Counted from the whole stretch's first letter, positions 1-11,603 are shown. The stretch: DNA of 63,979 nucleotides, filler included, from Malassezia furfur (GCA_052055015.1; 17 parts of 17 records of this genome joined end to end with filler, not necessarily neighbours in it); one strand, 5' to 3'. Numbers and translations are program-made. The notes: a model not told the origin generated them from the sequence alone.

Positions 1-1855
1 GCGGCCCGACGGTGCGCCGGCCGCGGAGCCGCGCGACGACTTGCGCAACTTGAGGAGACCGAGTGCGTCGCGCAGCGGCCCGTCATCGGTGTTCTGTGCA
101 TCCTGCCGCCAGCCGCGCGAGAAGCTGCGCAGGCCGACACTCGGCGTGCGCTGCCCCGGCGAGGTGGGGCCCGACGTGGGCGTAAACGGCTCGCGGCAGT
201 ACTCGTCGACGATCATGGTTGGCGATGCGACGCCGTACGTCTCGTCGTCCGACGCGTCTTTCCAGATCGGCGGCAAATCGACGTCCATGCCGTGCGTGTC
301 GGCGGCGCTCTGCTCGCCGAGGTCGACGTCGTCCTCGTCGTCAAAGGTGATGTCGCTCCCAATGATGTGGTGTCCAGTGCGCTTCTCCGACGTGCGGCGG
401 CGCGTGCTTGTCGAGCGCTGGCTCCCGCTCGTAGAGCGTTTCTTGTGCTCGAGGATGGGCGCGAGTGCGTGCCCGATGTTGATGGCACCCGCGAGCGGCA
501 GTGCCGAGTCGTGCTGGAGGTCGTGGTGGTGGACACGGTGCGAGGACGCGTGCGCGTCGTGGTGGCCGTGCGGCTCGTCGGCACCCGGCGCAAACTTGAT
601 GGTCGTATGTGTCGCGGGCGAGCCGGGCGCGCTGTTCGTCGGCGTGTACGACACGGGCCGGTCGTAGAGCTGGTAGCGCTGCACTTCGCCGCCCATGCCG
701 TCCTCGTCGTCGTCGCAGCGGCGCTGCGAGCGGGCGCGGCGCGTGCTGTTGGCGCGCAGGATGCTGCCGACGATGCCCATGCCGCCTCGGACGGTGTCCA
801 TGCCCGGGTCCTCGATGTGTGTGATCTCTTCGCTCTTTTCCGGCTCGTGCGGCAGTTGGGTCATGCGCACCAGGATGGACGACTTGCGGTCGTCGCCCGG
901 CTGCTCCTTGAGTTCCTGCGGGTCCATCTTGCTGAGCTGGAGCAGGACGATGCCCGAGCAGATCACAAAGAAGCCGAACACGATGGTGACGATCGTTGCG
1001 GCGCTCGCGCGCATGCCCTGCGACAGGATGATGGAGGTGATGATGGTCGCGGCGGTGAACATCACGTAGTACGTCGGCGTGACCGCGGCGGTGTTGAACA
1101 GCTCGAGCGCCTTGTTGAGGTAGTTGATCTCGACGAGGAGCGTGACGATGATGAAGCCGAGGAGGAAGTAGGTGAACCAGTAGGTAAACTGGTTCCTCCC
1201 GCGGATCGACAGGATGATGGCTGCGCCGAGCCCGCTCGTTACGCTTACGCTCAGTCCGCCGATCACGGAGCACACGGTGATGTAGACGAGCATCGTCTTC
1301 TTGCCATACCGCGGCGCGACAAGGAAGATGAGCACGAGGGCCGCCACCACACAGATGCCGAGCCAGGTGAGGAAGCCCGGCGCGATGAACAGCTTCTCGT
1401 ACTCGCGGATGTTGCCGCTGGTTTTTTGCTCGGGCGCATTCACCGCGATGATCACCGAGCCGACGATGCACAGGAAGCAGCCGACCTTGCCAAAGAGCGT
1501 CAGGCACTCTTTCAGGAAGATGGACGACAGGACGGCGCACACGACGACCGACAGTGCGCCCATTGGCGTGACAAGCACCGCATCGGCGAATGCGTACGCA
1601 ACAAAGTTGAGCACCTCACCGAGCACCATGATGATCATCCCTGTCCACCACATCGGGCTCTTGAGGTACGCATGCGACTCGCCCGCGGTCGTCTCGTACT
1701 TGCGCTGCGCCGACAGCAGTCCCTTTTTTTTGAACACGAACGACGAGCCGATGAACACGCCACTCAGCACAGCGAGCCCCTGTGTGAGCAATGCAACGTA
1801 CCAGTCCCACATACTTGAACCCTGGGGGGTTGCTCTCTGGATCCGTCAACGACAT
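1..1855 (-). CDS. NIPA/DUF803 magnesium transporter family protein; 3' end runs off the window; 22-nt intron 1780-1801
   Basis: Splicing GTACGT..CTCAC.ACAG joins KYVGL to GLAVLSGVFIGSSFVFKKKGLL. Downstream WWTGMIIMVLGEVLNFVAYAFADAVLVTPMGALSVV and ALELFNTAAVTPTYYV are NIPA hallmarks. The ORF track misses it because there is no stop in the window. Confidence 0.9.
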
Positions 1856-1938
1856 GCCCCCCAGTCCAGTGTGTTGTGGTGGGGGTGCACGCGCCGCGCC
1901 CTAGCCACGTGCGCGAGGGGACACTTGCCCCCGGCCCC

Positions 1939-3776
1939 ATGGACGAGCCGCCGCGGCCCCCCGCGGCGCCGCACGCGGATGCAGGCATCATTGAACAGCG
2001 CGTGGCGCGCACCATGGACGACGGGCAGTCCTTGCAGGACATAACGCCGTGGCAGGCGCCGCCGTCCGACGCGCCCGCGCCGCCCGACACGCCTGGGCGG
2101 GACGCTGGCGGAAGTGGGAGCAAGTCCCGCTCGCTCAACCCGCTGCACCTCTTTCGCGCGCCGTCACTGCGGCGCAGCAAGGCCCAGGACACCCCGGCAG
2201 AGATGGAAGGGAGCGAGCGCAAGTGGCGCCCCTTTCGCGCGTCGTCGTCCACGCGCGACGTCGACACACGCAGCATCGACAGCGAGCGCGGCGCCGGCGC
2301 GCGGCGCCTGCGCGCCTGGCTGCACCCCCGCGGCACCACCAACGACGACGAGCTGCTTGCGACGTCGCCCAAGAGCTTGTCGCGCATCGCGTCGCGCGAG
2401 TCCTCCGTCGGCGACGTCGACGCGCCTGGCATGGCGCAGACGCCGACCCCGGCGCTCGGCGTCGCGCTCGACACCAACTTTGACCGGCTTGATGACATCG
2501 TGGACATGCGGCGCGCACGCGGGGTGCCGTACGAGCAGAGCATCTCGCCGACGCAGACCGACGTGTCGCCGACACGCACCGGCTCGCCGCTCGCACGGAC
2601 GGCGTCGCCGCTGCTCGTGACGCAATCGCCGCGCCTGCGCTCGCGCTGGTCGACCGACTCGGATACGCCGCGCGTGGTGTATCCACAGCGCTCATCGAGC
2701 AGTCAACGCAACTCGAGCGCGGGCCCCGACGTGTGGGAGTGGCGCGTGCGCAATGCGCTGGGCGCCGACGCCGGCCGCCGCGACAGCGCCGGGTCGTACA
2801 TGACGATCGACTCGCTGCGCTCCGATGCGAGCCACGCGCGCGCCGACGAGATGCGTCCGGCGCCCGCGATTCCCGATGCCGTGCCGCGCCTGCGTGCGGA
2901 TGCGAGCCGCTCGACGTGGGCGGCGCCGGACTCGTGGGCGGTGCGGCCGCAGGACGAGGCCCAGAGCTCGCTGCGCAACGTCGGCGGCGAGTACGTCGAC
3001 GGCGACGACGACGCGAATGGCACATTGCCGGGGCGGCACGCGATCGAGCGCAGCGATACCGACTCGTCGATACCGACGTCGATCATCGTGTACGACCACC
3101 ACCGCAGCGAGACGCCGTCGTCGCCCGGCAGCCAAACGGCCAGCGGCGCGGCATGGGCCGACGAGCCGCACCGCCGCTCGTGGCTCTTCCCCGGGCGGCG
3201 CAGCAGCAAGCTCGATGCGCTGTTTGCCCCCGAGCTCGCCACCTCGTCGCACACCCGCACGCGGAGCGCCGACGAGACGACCTGGTCGTCGATTGAGGAG
3301 CCCGCGACGCGTCCGCATGCGCACACCCACACACACACCCATGCACACGCACATGCACACGCACACGCGCACGCGCACCCCACACCGTCGCCGCCGCGGT
3401 ACCTGCACCCGTCGATGCACACGCACGCGCACCATGCGGCGCGGCGCATCCACCGCCACGTTGTGCATTCGCCGCACCTGCCCTTCCGCCGGTTTGTGCG
3501 GCGCGCCGAGGCGCCGGTGCGCAGCGAGCCGGTGCACGACGCGGACGTCGATGCGCCGGCGCCGCGCGCGACGGCATGGCACTTTTCGACGCGCCGGCGC
3601 GGCGAGACGGCGGCGATCGAGGCGGATGCGACGCCCGTGCCGATGCACCACCCCGAGCCGCTCGCCGAGACGGCGGTGCCGCTGCACGCGGGCCACGCAA
3701 ACTGCTTTCTGCGCATCTATTTGCAGGACGACACGTTCCTGCGCATCTCGTGTGCGCTCGAGACGACCGTCGCCGA
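1939..3776 (+). CDS. CYR1: Adenylate cyclase, N-terminal part (G-alpha-binding motif and start of Ras-association domain), truncated at contig end
   Basis: LDTNFDRLDDIVD, WAAPDSWAV and LRIYLQDDTFLRISCALETTV match conserved N-terminal motifs of fungal adenylate cyclases. Confidence 0.75.
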
Positions 3777-3876
3777 NNNNNNNNNNNNNNNNNNNNNNNN
3801 NNNNNNNNNNNNNNNNNNNNTTAATTAATTAANNNNNNNNNNNNNNNNNNNNNNNNNNNNNNNNNNNNNNNNNNNN
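3777..3876. other. Artificial contig spacer (N44-TTAATTAATTAA-N44, stops in all six frames); first of 16
   Basis: Identical 100-nt spacers also start at 7624, 11469, 15312, 19152, 22987, 26821, 30627, 34432, 38227, 42018, 45804, 49583, 53361, 57124 and 60883. Lengths of the complete contigs fall monotonically from 3747 to 3659 nt. Confidence 0.99.
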
Positions 3877-4566
3877 TCTGCACAATGCTCGGCTTGATCC
3901 GCGCGAGCTGGAAGAGCGTCTGGAAAATCTGGGGGTCGTACACGTCTGGTGGGGGGTCAGCATCGCACCTCGAGCGCCAGAATACGTACTGCTCAGGCCA
4001 ATTTGGCGCACCAGACCCGTGTCTACGAGTGCCTCGAGCACACGCCATGCCTCAAGCGTGCTCTGCAGCGTGGGCATCGGCGAGTGCAGCAGGTAGCTGT
4101 CAATGTACACGGCATGCGCCGGCGGCGGCGACGGCACCTTGTCGCGGTTCCCACGCGCAGTCACGGCGTACTTGGCCACGAGCTCGGTCACCGACGGGAT
4201 CGTCTGCTCGGGGTGCAAGTTGGCGAGACTCGCCTGGAACGACGCACACACCTGCTCGGCGACCGGTGCCTGCACGTCGTACGGCACATAGCCGGTCGTG
4301 TCCTGCCCAGACACCGGCGTAAACTTGGTCTGGAGCCACACGTCGCCGCGCACGAGCCCAAGCTGCGCACACGCCTGGTACACGCCCTTGCCGACCAGGT
4401 CTTCGCGGTAGTGCTTGCGCTGCGCCGCGGTGTCGACGCCGCGGAAGCCCTGGAGGAAGGCGGTAAAGACAAGATCCGCGGTGCGTGTATCCTTCCACGC
4501 AGTCCCATACAGGATCGGTGGCATGCTTTTCAACGCCATGCTCCGCTCCGCCGCCTTGCCCGACAT
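3877..4566 (-). CDS. Aldo/keto reductase, 3' truncated; 44-nt intron 3946-3989
   Basis: Motifs ILYGTAWK, GFRGVDTAAQRKHYRE, LQTKFT and IDSYLLHSP; LVRQIGLSN(VYD) is restored by splicing. Confidence 0.85.
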
Positions 4567-4646
4567 CGTAGGCGTGCCGAAGCGCGGAAGACGTGCGCTT
4601 TGTCCGTCCGTGCGAATGACGTGCTGCGTGACAATGCTGATGTAAT

Positions 4647-7571
4647 CTACGTCTTGGTGAACCAGCGCGTGGTCTGCCGCCTGAGCCAATATACAAGGAA
4701 CCCGACGAAGCGGAAGGCGGCCATCTGCGGTGAGCAAGCGGGGGCACGTACCCCAAACGTGGACCAGAGGATCACTTTGAAATAGATCTGCTGGTTGTGC
4801 TGGCCCTGCGTAGCCTCGTCGTCCAGTTTTTCTCTCGGATGATAGTCGTACAGATTCATAATCACGGCCACCAGGGCCGCGTTCGTCAGCAGCCACAGCG
4901 TCACGAGACGCGTACGGAAGGTGCGGTTGCTGTCGTCGATGGTCGGGCGGTCGACGGTGCGTTCGTAATGGTACGGCTTGATCGCCCGGTCCACCACGCC
5001 GCGGAAGCGCTCGTCCAGGTCCTCTTGGTCGTACGCAAGCTCCTCGACAACGGCGTTCGCGTTGGCGTTGGTCGATTTGCGCTTCGCGAGGTCGACCGTG
5101 GGCAACGCGTCCGCCTTGTCGGAGCCCTTGGTGCCCCAGCTGACGTCGTGCAGGTTGCAAAAGGCGTACACGTTAATCACGTTGACAAACGACGGCGCGA
5201 CCCAAAAGTACTGCACCGAGCTCGTGAGCATGTGCCACGGGTCCGCATACAGCAGCGACGACACCAGATAGATGCCAAACATGGCCGCAAGCGATGCAAT
5301 CAGCACCGCGGTCGTGTTGGAAAAGATGATCTCCGCGTAGCTCTTGTCCGCCGTATGCATGCTCAGCAGCGAGCGCACCGTGAGCCAGAGCGATATGCAC
5401 AGCACGTACGAGCCCAGCACGCCAAACACGACAATCGACAGGACGTACGCGACGCGCTCCGCCTTGGGCCGGTTGCCGAGCGCAAGCACAAACTGGAGCG
5501 CGAGCATGAAGCCGTACACCCACATGAGCACCAGGTTGATCCAGTGGAACGCGATCAGCCACGTGTCGCCGTACTCGCGCAGCAGCACGTTGGGCAGGTA
5601 CTGGATGATGATGGCAAACGTGAGCCACAGATTGCCGAGCGCGAACCAGGAAAAGATGAGCTGACACAGGTTGTAGAGCGCCTGAAGGTGGAAGCCCAGC
5701 ATGCGCAGCACCCCGTGCCGGCTGCGGTAGATGCGGTAAAAGTGCACGAGCGAGTAGATCGACGCGGCAAAGCTGCCGTTGAGCCACCGCCGCCGCTGCG
5801 AGATAAGCTCGGCGGTTTTCTCGGGCACGTCCGTCTCGGCCTTGCTCGGCTTGACGTACGACAGCACCCAGCGGTCGCCGGCCTTGGCCACAAGCTCAAA
5901 GCACAGGATTCGGTCCTCGGCGAGGAACATGTTTTTGCGGAAGATGTTCATCTGGTTCATGCCCTTGCGGCCCAGCCGCTCGGCCATGGTGTGGTCGCCG
6001 TGGAAGTACTGCTGCAGCGGGCGCCCACAGATCGCCCGGTAGCGGTACGCACTAAACGCGCCGGGCAGCACACTGACGTACCCAAACGTCGACTCGAGCG
6101 GCTTGTCGAGGATGTTGCTGATCTTGTACTCGAAGTTCTGCGCAGCAACCAGCGGATTGAGCAGCTTGACGCCATGGTCGGTCATGACGTGGATCTCGCC
6201 GCACGCGCCGCCCAGGTGCGGGTTGTTGTAGAACGCTTCCCACAGATAGTACAGCGAGCGGTGCCCGGGCTTGGTCCCGACGTCGATCAGCACCACCACC
6301 TCGGGCTGGAGCATGGCGCCGATCGCATTGAAGACCCACCGGTGGCTGTTGATCTTTTTCGAGTTCTTCTGTTTCAGGCAAAAGATGGTCTGCACCGGCA
6401 CCAGGTTCTGGTCGCTCCCCTCCACGGGCTGCACGAGCTTCGGCGTGGAGTCGACCGCGACCTGCGTTGTGTACTCAAACAGGTGCGCGACGGTCTCCTG
6501 GTCGTCGACCTTGCGCTTCATGATCCCGTCCTGGTACACGCCCATCGTCGCGAGCACATCGAGCGTCTCCTTGTCGCACGGATCGATCCCGTCGTACACG
6601 AGGACCACGACGATCCGCTGCCACGGCGGCTGGCCCTCTTCGGCCGTGTGCCGCCAGTACTTGGACCACTTGTTCTTGCAGATCTCGCGGATGTTTTGCA
6701 TCACGCCGTACAGCGTGCGCGTAAGAAGCTTGCGGTCCTCGTTGTAGTAGGTGAGCGTAATGAGCAGCTCGGTCGCGCGCCCGTAGTCGGACGAGGCGCG
6801 CAGGCCCCACCCGTTGTCGCGCGTAAACTCGTCGGGGTCGCACGTCACCGCCGAGTAGCGCATATGCGTAAACTCCTTCGGCTGCCCCTCTGCACGGTAC
6901 TTGGCCTCTACCGCATTGGCCACGGGCGACGGCACGGGGTAGTCGACGATCCAGTTGCTCCCGTGCAGCTCGACCTGGCGCATGTGCCCGTGCGACGGCG
7001 GCTGCTGCCGCGCTGCCCAGCCGCGCTGGCTCATCTGGTCGTCGGCCTGCAAGTCGATCATCGACGCACTCGGGCGGTGCACACCAAAGTCGGCGTGCAC
7101 GTCGGGGAAGCTCAGTGAGCTCGCGCTGTCAAACTTGCCGTGCAGCGGCACTTGCAGCTCGTCGTCGCTCCGCATGTGCGACAGCGACGCGAGGGGGTCG
7201 GTCGTGTCGTAGGCCTGCACGTACTGCGGCTCGTGCAGCTCGCTGGCGGTGTGCCCCGCGTCGGACGGCGCTTCGAGATACTGGTCGACCAGCGCATGGT
7301 GCGCGTCCGTCGTTGCGCTCGTGTTGGTGAAAATACGCGGCTGGCCAGGCACCATGTCCTGAGGGTACAGCGGCTGCGGCGCCGCTGCAGCGCCGCCCCA
7401 CCCCGCCTGGTAGCGTGCCTGCTGCGCGGCCGAGGTTGGAGGGTATGCGGGAGCCACAGACACCTGTGGGGGTGCCACAGATACCTGTGGGGGTGCCTCG
7501 GGCACCTCGTCGTCCGTATGGGGCACACTCGCATACCGGCGCGCTGCCGGAAGCGCTCGCGGGCCTCGCAT
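4647..7571 (-). CDS. Chitin synthase, division 1 (probably class III); probable 27-nt in-frame intron 4725-4751
   Basis: EFTHMRYSAVTCDPD, QNFEYKISNILDKPLES, VLPGAFSAYRY, LAEDRIL and QRRRW motifs plus C-terminal TM helices. DYPVPS and DGIDPCDK suggest class III. Start codon uncertain. Confidence 0.95.
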   Translation of the reverse strand: MRGPRALPAARRYASVPHTDDEVPEAPPQVSVAPPQVSVAPAYPPTSAAQQARYQAGWGGAAAAPQPLYPQDMVPGQPRIFTNTSATTDAHHALVDQYLEAPSDAGHTASELHEPQYVQAYDTTDPLASLSHMRSDDELQVPLHGKFDSASSLSFPDVHADFGVHRPSASMIDLQADDQMSQRGWAARQQPPSHGHMRQVELHGSNWIVDYPVPSPVANAVEAKYRAEGQPKEFTHMRYSAVTCDPDEFTRDNGWGLRASSDYGRATELLITLTYYNEDRKLLTRTLYGVMQNIREICKNKWSKYWRHTAEEGQPPWQRIVVVLVYDGIDPCDKETLDVLATMGVYQDGIMKRKVDDQETVAHLFEYTTQVAVDSTPKLVQPVEGSDQNLVPVQTIFCLKQKNSKKINSHRWVFNAIGAMLQPEVVVLIDVGTKPGHRSLYYLWEAFYNNPHLGGACGEIHVMTDHGVKLLNPLVAAQNFEYKISNILDKPLESTFGYVSVLPGAFSAYRYRAICGRPLQQYFHGDHTMAERLGRKGMNQMNIFRKNMFLAEDRILCFELVAKAGDRWVLSYVKPSKAETDVPEKTAELISQRRRWLNGSFAASIYSLVHFYRIYRSRHGVLRMLGFHLQALYNLCQLIFSWFALGNLWLTFAIIIQYLPNVLLREYGDTWLIAFHWINLVLMWVYGFMLALQFVLALGNRPKAERVAYVLSIVVFGVLGSYVLCISLWLTVRSLLSMHTADKSYAEIIFSNTTAVLIASLAAMFGIYLVSSLLYADPWHMLTSSVQYFWVAPSFVNVINVYAFCNLHDVSWGTKGSDKADALPTVDLAKRKSTNANANAVVEELAYDQEDLDERFRGVVDRAIKPYHYERTVDRPTIDDSNRTFRTRLVTLWLLTNAALVAVIMNLYDYHPREKLDDEATQGQHNQQIYFKVILWSTFGVRAPACSPQMAAFRFVGFLVYWLRRQTTRWFTKT

Positions 7572-8196
7572 CCCACCGTGCGGCACAAAGAAGAACACTG
7601 ACGGCCACGGACGCACTCCACACNNNNNNNNNNNNNNNNNNNNNNNNNNNNNNNNNNNNNNNNNNNNTTAATTAATTAANNNNNNNNNNNNNNNNNNNNN
7701 NNNNNNNNNNNNNNNNNNNNNNNCGTGCTTGGCACACGGCGCGGCCCGCGACGCAGCTCGCCCTCCGCACGGCACACGGTGCGTGCGCGGCTGTCGGCGT
7801 TTGCGATGTCGACCGACGACGGAGCGCGGCGCCCGACGCAGGGCAAGGGCGCGGCCGGGGCCGAGCGTGTGCGCGATGCGTCGATTCTCCGAGAGCTAAA
7901 CGATCTACGAGCGATGCCGCGCGTCGAGAGCAGCCGGACGATGTATGCGACGTCACACGCGACGGTCGCGAGCGACCTTGCGCACGCGCGGCCGTCTGCG
8001 GCGGCGTACAAGACGGATGCGAGCCAGTATTATATATAGTTGTGAAGCGGCCAGGGCGGCCTCTCCCCCCAAGGGCCCGTGGGCCGGGCGGCCCGGTCGG
8101 CCCGATCGCGGGCTGCGCGCCCGATCTGCTCGGCAGCGGCGTGCAGTGGGTGGCTTCCCCGCCAGCGGTCACGCGCGGCGAAGCGATGGCGCCGTG

Positions 8197-9573
8197 ATGG
8201 ACGCGAGCGGCCCCCCCAACGAGATGGGCGCGCGCGAGTGTGCGGAGGATGCGGCCCTGGCTGCGCCTGCCGCGGCCGAGCATGCGCGCTCGCCGGCGAG
8301 CGCCGACGCGGCTCCTGCAGCGTGGGCGACGGCGTCGTGTGCGTACGAAGGCACCGGGTCCGAAGACGAGGCGCCGACGGCGCTTGCGCACGACGCGCAT
8401 GCGGCAGCGGTGCACCTGGATGTGCCCGGTGTGGCGCCTGCGACGCTGGCGTTTGCGAACGTGTACAACAACGACGCGTCGTCGATCCGCGAAGTCGTGC
8501 TCCATAACCCCACCGAGGGCGCGTGCAGTGTGACGCTGCACGGCGCGCCCGGCGTGCGGTGGACGCAGCTGCGTGCGCAGAACGCGGCGCCGAGCACGCC
8601 GCTGTGGGCGGCGTCCGAGGCGACGAACACGGTCGCGTGGGTGCGTGCCGACGGCCTGTCGCCGGCGCACCTGCGTGCGATGCGGCACATGGCCGCGAAC
8701 CTCGAGACGGTGACGCGGCTGACGCTGGTGCCGCACGAGCGGCGTGTGCTGTACGTCGAGGTGCGTGTGCGCGACGTGGCGGCCCAGGCGCAGCGCGAGA
8801 TCGGCACGGAGCTCGTGCACCTGCGCACGGCGCTCGGCGTCGAGGTCGACGGGCACACCACGGCGCTGCCCGTGCACATCAGCACGGCGGCGGTGGACGT
8901 GACGCTAGCGCTCGCGCACCCCCCCGCGCCGCCCGTGGAGGGCGAGCGTGCGGAGCGCGCGGAGCGTGCGGCGACGTCGGGGCGCGAGCGGACGCTGGTG
9001 CTCGACGTGGGCGATGTGGTGGTGGGCGAGTCGGTGTCGCGCACGCTGCACCTGACGAACCGCTCGGCGATCGAGTGCTTTGCGCAGTTCCAGCGGCAGG
9101 ACGAGGACGCGGAGGACGCGCGCGACCCGCTGGTGCACGTCGTCGACCTGGCCGACGGGCGGGCGCTGCCGCTCGTGGCGGCGCCGAAGGCGAGCACGGC
9201 GTATGCGCCCGTGCCGCTGGCCGCGCACGCCACGCGCACGCTCGCGGTGGTGCTGGAGCCGCGCGCGCCGTGTGCGAACTACGAGCAGGCGCTGACGCTG
9301 GTGAATCTGCACGCGCAGAGCGAGTCGGTGCGCGTGCTGATCCGCGCCAACATCCTCGGCGCGACGTCCGACGAGGCGCTCGCGATCCTCAACGCGTGCC
9401 CGCTCGACTTTGGCGACTGCTGCGGCGGGCAGTGGACGCGGCAGCTGCTCATCCTCAAGAACACGGCGGACGTGCCGCTCGACGTGCGCTTCCAGGCGGA
9501 CAAGGACGTCGAGGTCACGTTCCAGCTCGCGGACCTCGCGCAGGCGCGCGACACGACCGACGACGACGCCGAG
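8197..9573 (+). CDS. N-terminal fragment of a large hypothetical protein with Ig-like (PapD/ASH-like) repeats, copy A
   Basis: Repeated LDxGD...L.L.N patterns (LDVGDVVVGESVSRTLHLTN, LDFGDCCGGQWTRQLLILKN). Translation past about 9573 is antisense read-through of the other arm. Confidence 0.6.
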
Positions 9574-10995
9574 CGGCACGTCGTCCTCGCCCGAGTCCAC
9601 GTCGGGCGTGCCGGGCCCCTCGCCGTCGTCGTCGGTCGTGTCGCGCGCCTGCGCCAGGTCCGCGAGCTGGAACGTGACTTCCACGTCCTTGTCCGCCTGG
9701 AAGCGCACGTCGAGCGGCACGTCCGCGGTGTTCTTCAGAATGAGCAGCTGCCGCGTCCACTGCCCGCCGCAGCAGTCGCCAAAGTCGAGCGGGCACGCGT
9801 TGAGGATCGCGAGCGCCTCGTCGGACGTCGCGCCGAGGATGTTCGCCCGGATCAGCACACGCACCGACTCGCTCTGCGCGTGCAGATTCACCAGCGTGAG
9901 CGTCTGCTCGTAGTTCGCGCACGGCGCCCGCGGCTCCAGCACCACCGCAAGCGTGCGCGTCGCGTGCGCCGCGAGCGGCACCGGCGCATACGCCGTGCTC
10001 GCCTTCGGCGCGGCCACCAGCGGCAGCGCACGCCCGTCGGCCAGGTCGACGACGTGCACGCGCGGGTCGCGCGCGTCCTCCGCGTCGTCGTCCTGCCGCT
10101 GGAACTGCGCAAAGCACTCGATCGCCGAGCGGTTCGTCAGGTGCAGCGTGCGCGACACCGACTCGCCCACCACCACATCGCCCACGTCGAGCACCAGCGT
10201 CCGCTCGCGCCCCGACGTCGCCGCACGCTCCGCACGCTCCGCGCGCTCGCCCTCCACGGGCGGCGCGGGGGGGTGCGCGAGCGCTAGCGTCACGTCCACC
10301 GCCGCCGTGCTGATGTGCACGGGCAGCGCCGTGGTGTGCCCGTCGACCTCGACGCCGAGCGCCGTGCGCAGGTGCACGAGCTCCGTGCCGATCTCGCGCT
10401 GCGCCTGGGCCGCCACGTCGCGCACACGCACCTCGACGTACAGCACACGCCGCTCGTGCGGCACCAGCGTCAGCCGCGTCACCGTCTCGAGGTTCGCGGC
10501 CATGTGCCGCATCGCACGCAGGTGCGCCGGCGACAGGCCGTCGGCACGCACCCACGCGACCGTGTTCGTCGCCTCGGACGCCGCCCACAGCGGCGTGCTC
10601 GGCGCCGCGTTCTGCGCACGCAGCTGCGTCCACCGCACGCCGGGCGCGCCGTGCAGCGTCACACTGCACGCGCCCTCGGTGGGGTTATGGAGCACGACTT
10701 CGCGGATCGACGACGCGTCGTTGTTGTACACGTTCGCAAACGCCAGCGTCGCAGGCGCCACACCGGGCACATCCAGGTGCACCGCTGCCGCATGCGCGTC
10801 GTGCGCAAGCGCCGTCGGCGCCTCGTCTTCGGACCCGGTGCCTTCGTACGCACACGACGCCGTCGCCCACGCTGCAGGAGCCGCGTCGGCGCTCGCCGGC
10901 GAGCGCGCATGCTCGGCCGCGGCAGGCGCAGCCAGGGCCGCATCCTCCGCACACTCGCGCGCGCCCATCTCGTTGGGGGGGCCGCTCGCGTCCAT
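9569..10995 (-). CDS. Same hypothetical Ig-like repeat protein fragment, copy B (slightly diverged)
   Basis: Mirror of 8197-9573 with few amino-acid changes (E/D, L/R, A/T, A/G); continues through the spacer as DDDGEGPGTPDVDSGEDDVPL. Confidence 0.6.
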
Positions 10996-11603
10996 CACGG
11001 CGCCATCGCTTCGCCGCGCGTGACCGCTGGCGGGGAAGCCACCCACTGCACGCCGCTGCCGAGCAGATCGGGCGCGCAGCCCGCGATCGGGCCGACCGGG
11101 CCGCCCGGCCCACGGGCCCTTGGGGGGAGAGGCCGCCCTGGCCGCTTCACAACTATATATAATACTGGCTCGCATCCGTCTTGTACGCCGCCGCAGACGG
11201 CCGCGCGTGCGCAAGGTCGCTCGCGACCGTCGCGTGTGACGTCGCATACATCGTCCGGCTGCTCTCGACGCGCGGCATCGCTCGTAGATCGTTTAGCTCT
11301 CGGAGAATCGACGCATCGCGCACACGCTCGGCCCCGGCCGCGCCCTTGCCCTGCGTCGGGCGCCGCGCTCCGTCGTCGGTCGACATCGCAAACGCCGACA
11401 GCCGCGCACGCACCGTGTGCCGTGCGGAGGGCGAGCTGCGTCGCGGGCCGCGCCGTGTGCCAAGCACGNNNNNNNNNNNNNNNNNNNNNNNNNNNNNNNN
11501 NNNNNNNNNNNNTTAATTAATTAANNNNNNNNNNNNNNNNNNNNNNNNNNNNNNNNNNNNNNNNNNNNGCGCCGCGGCCGTGCCCCGCTGACTCAGCAGG
11601 AAC

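Larger units (their letters stand above)
7724..11468. repeat. Whole-contig inverted repeat: arms 7724-9568 and 9624-11468 (1845 bp), 55-bp spacer
   Basis: The contig ends are exact reverse complements, and the ORF track shows mirror ORFs (7945..10287+ and 8905..11247-). Confidence 0.97.

Noticed and set aside
1780..1814. Alternative 35-nt NIPA intron using the upstream GTATGT donor
   Set aside because: It would shift the frame and delete the conserved KYVGL; the 22-nt intron keeps the frame.
3821..3832. TTAATTAATTAA recurring about every 3.8 kb, resembling a regular repeat or array
   Set aside because: It is a synthetic six-frame-stop linker embedded in N runs between size-sorted contigs.
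3877..4566. Aldo/keto reductase as a bacterial horizontal transfer
   Set aside because: It has a spliceosomal intron and host-like composition; the claim would need a phylogeny.
7806..8039. 77-aa ORF (MSTDDG...) upstream of the Ig-like gene
   Set aside because: No recognisable motif; its TATATATAG end may simply be a promoter or terminator element. Not supportable without expression data.
9574..10287. C-terminal half of the 780-aa ORFs in the palindromic contig
   Set aside because: It is antisense read-through of the opposite arm, not a real domain.
7724..11468. Inverted repeat as a transposon TIR or foldback element
   Set aside because: No transposase or target-site duplication; the arms are ordinary coding sequence and run exactly to the contig ends.
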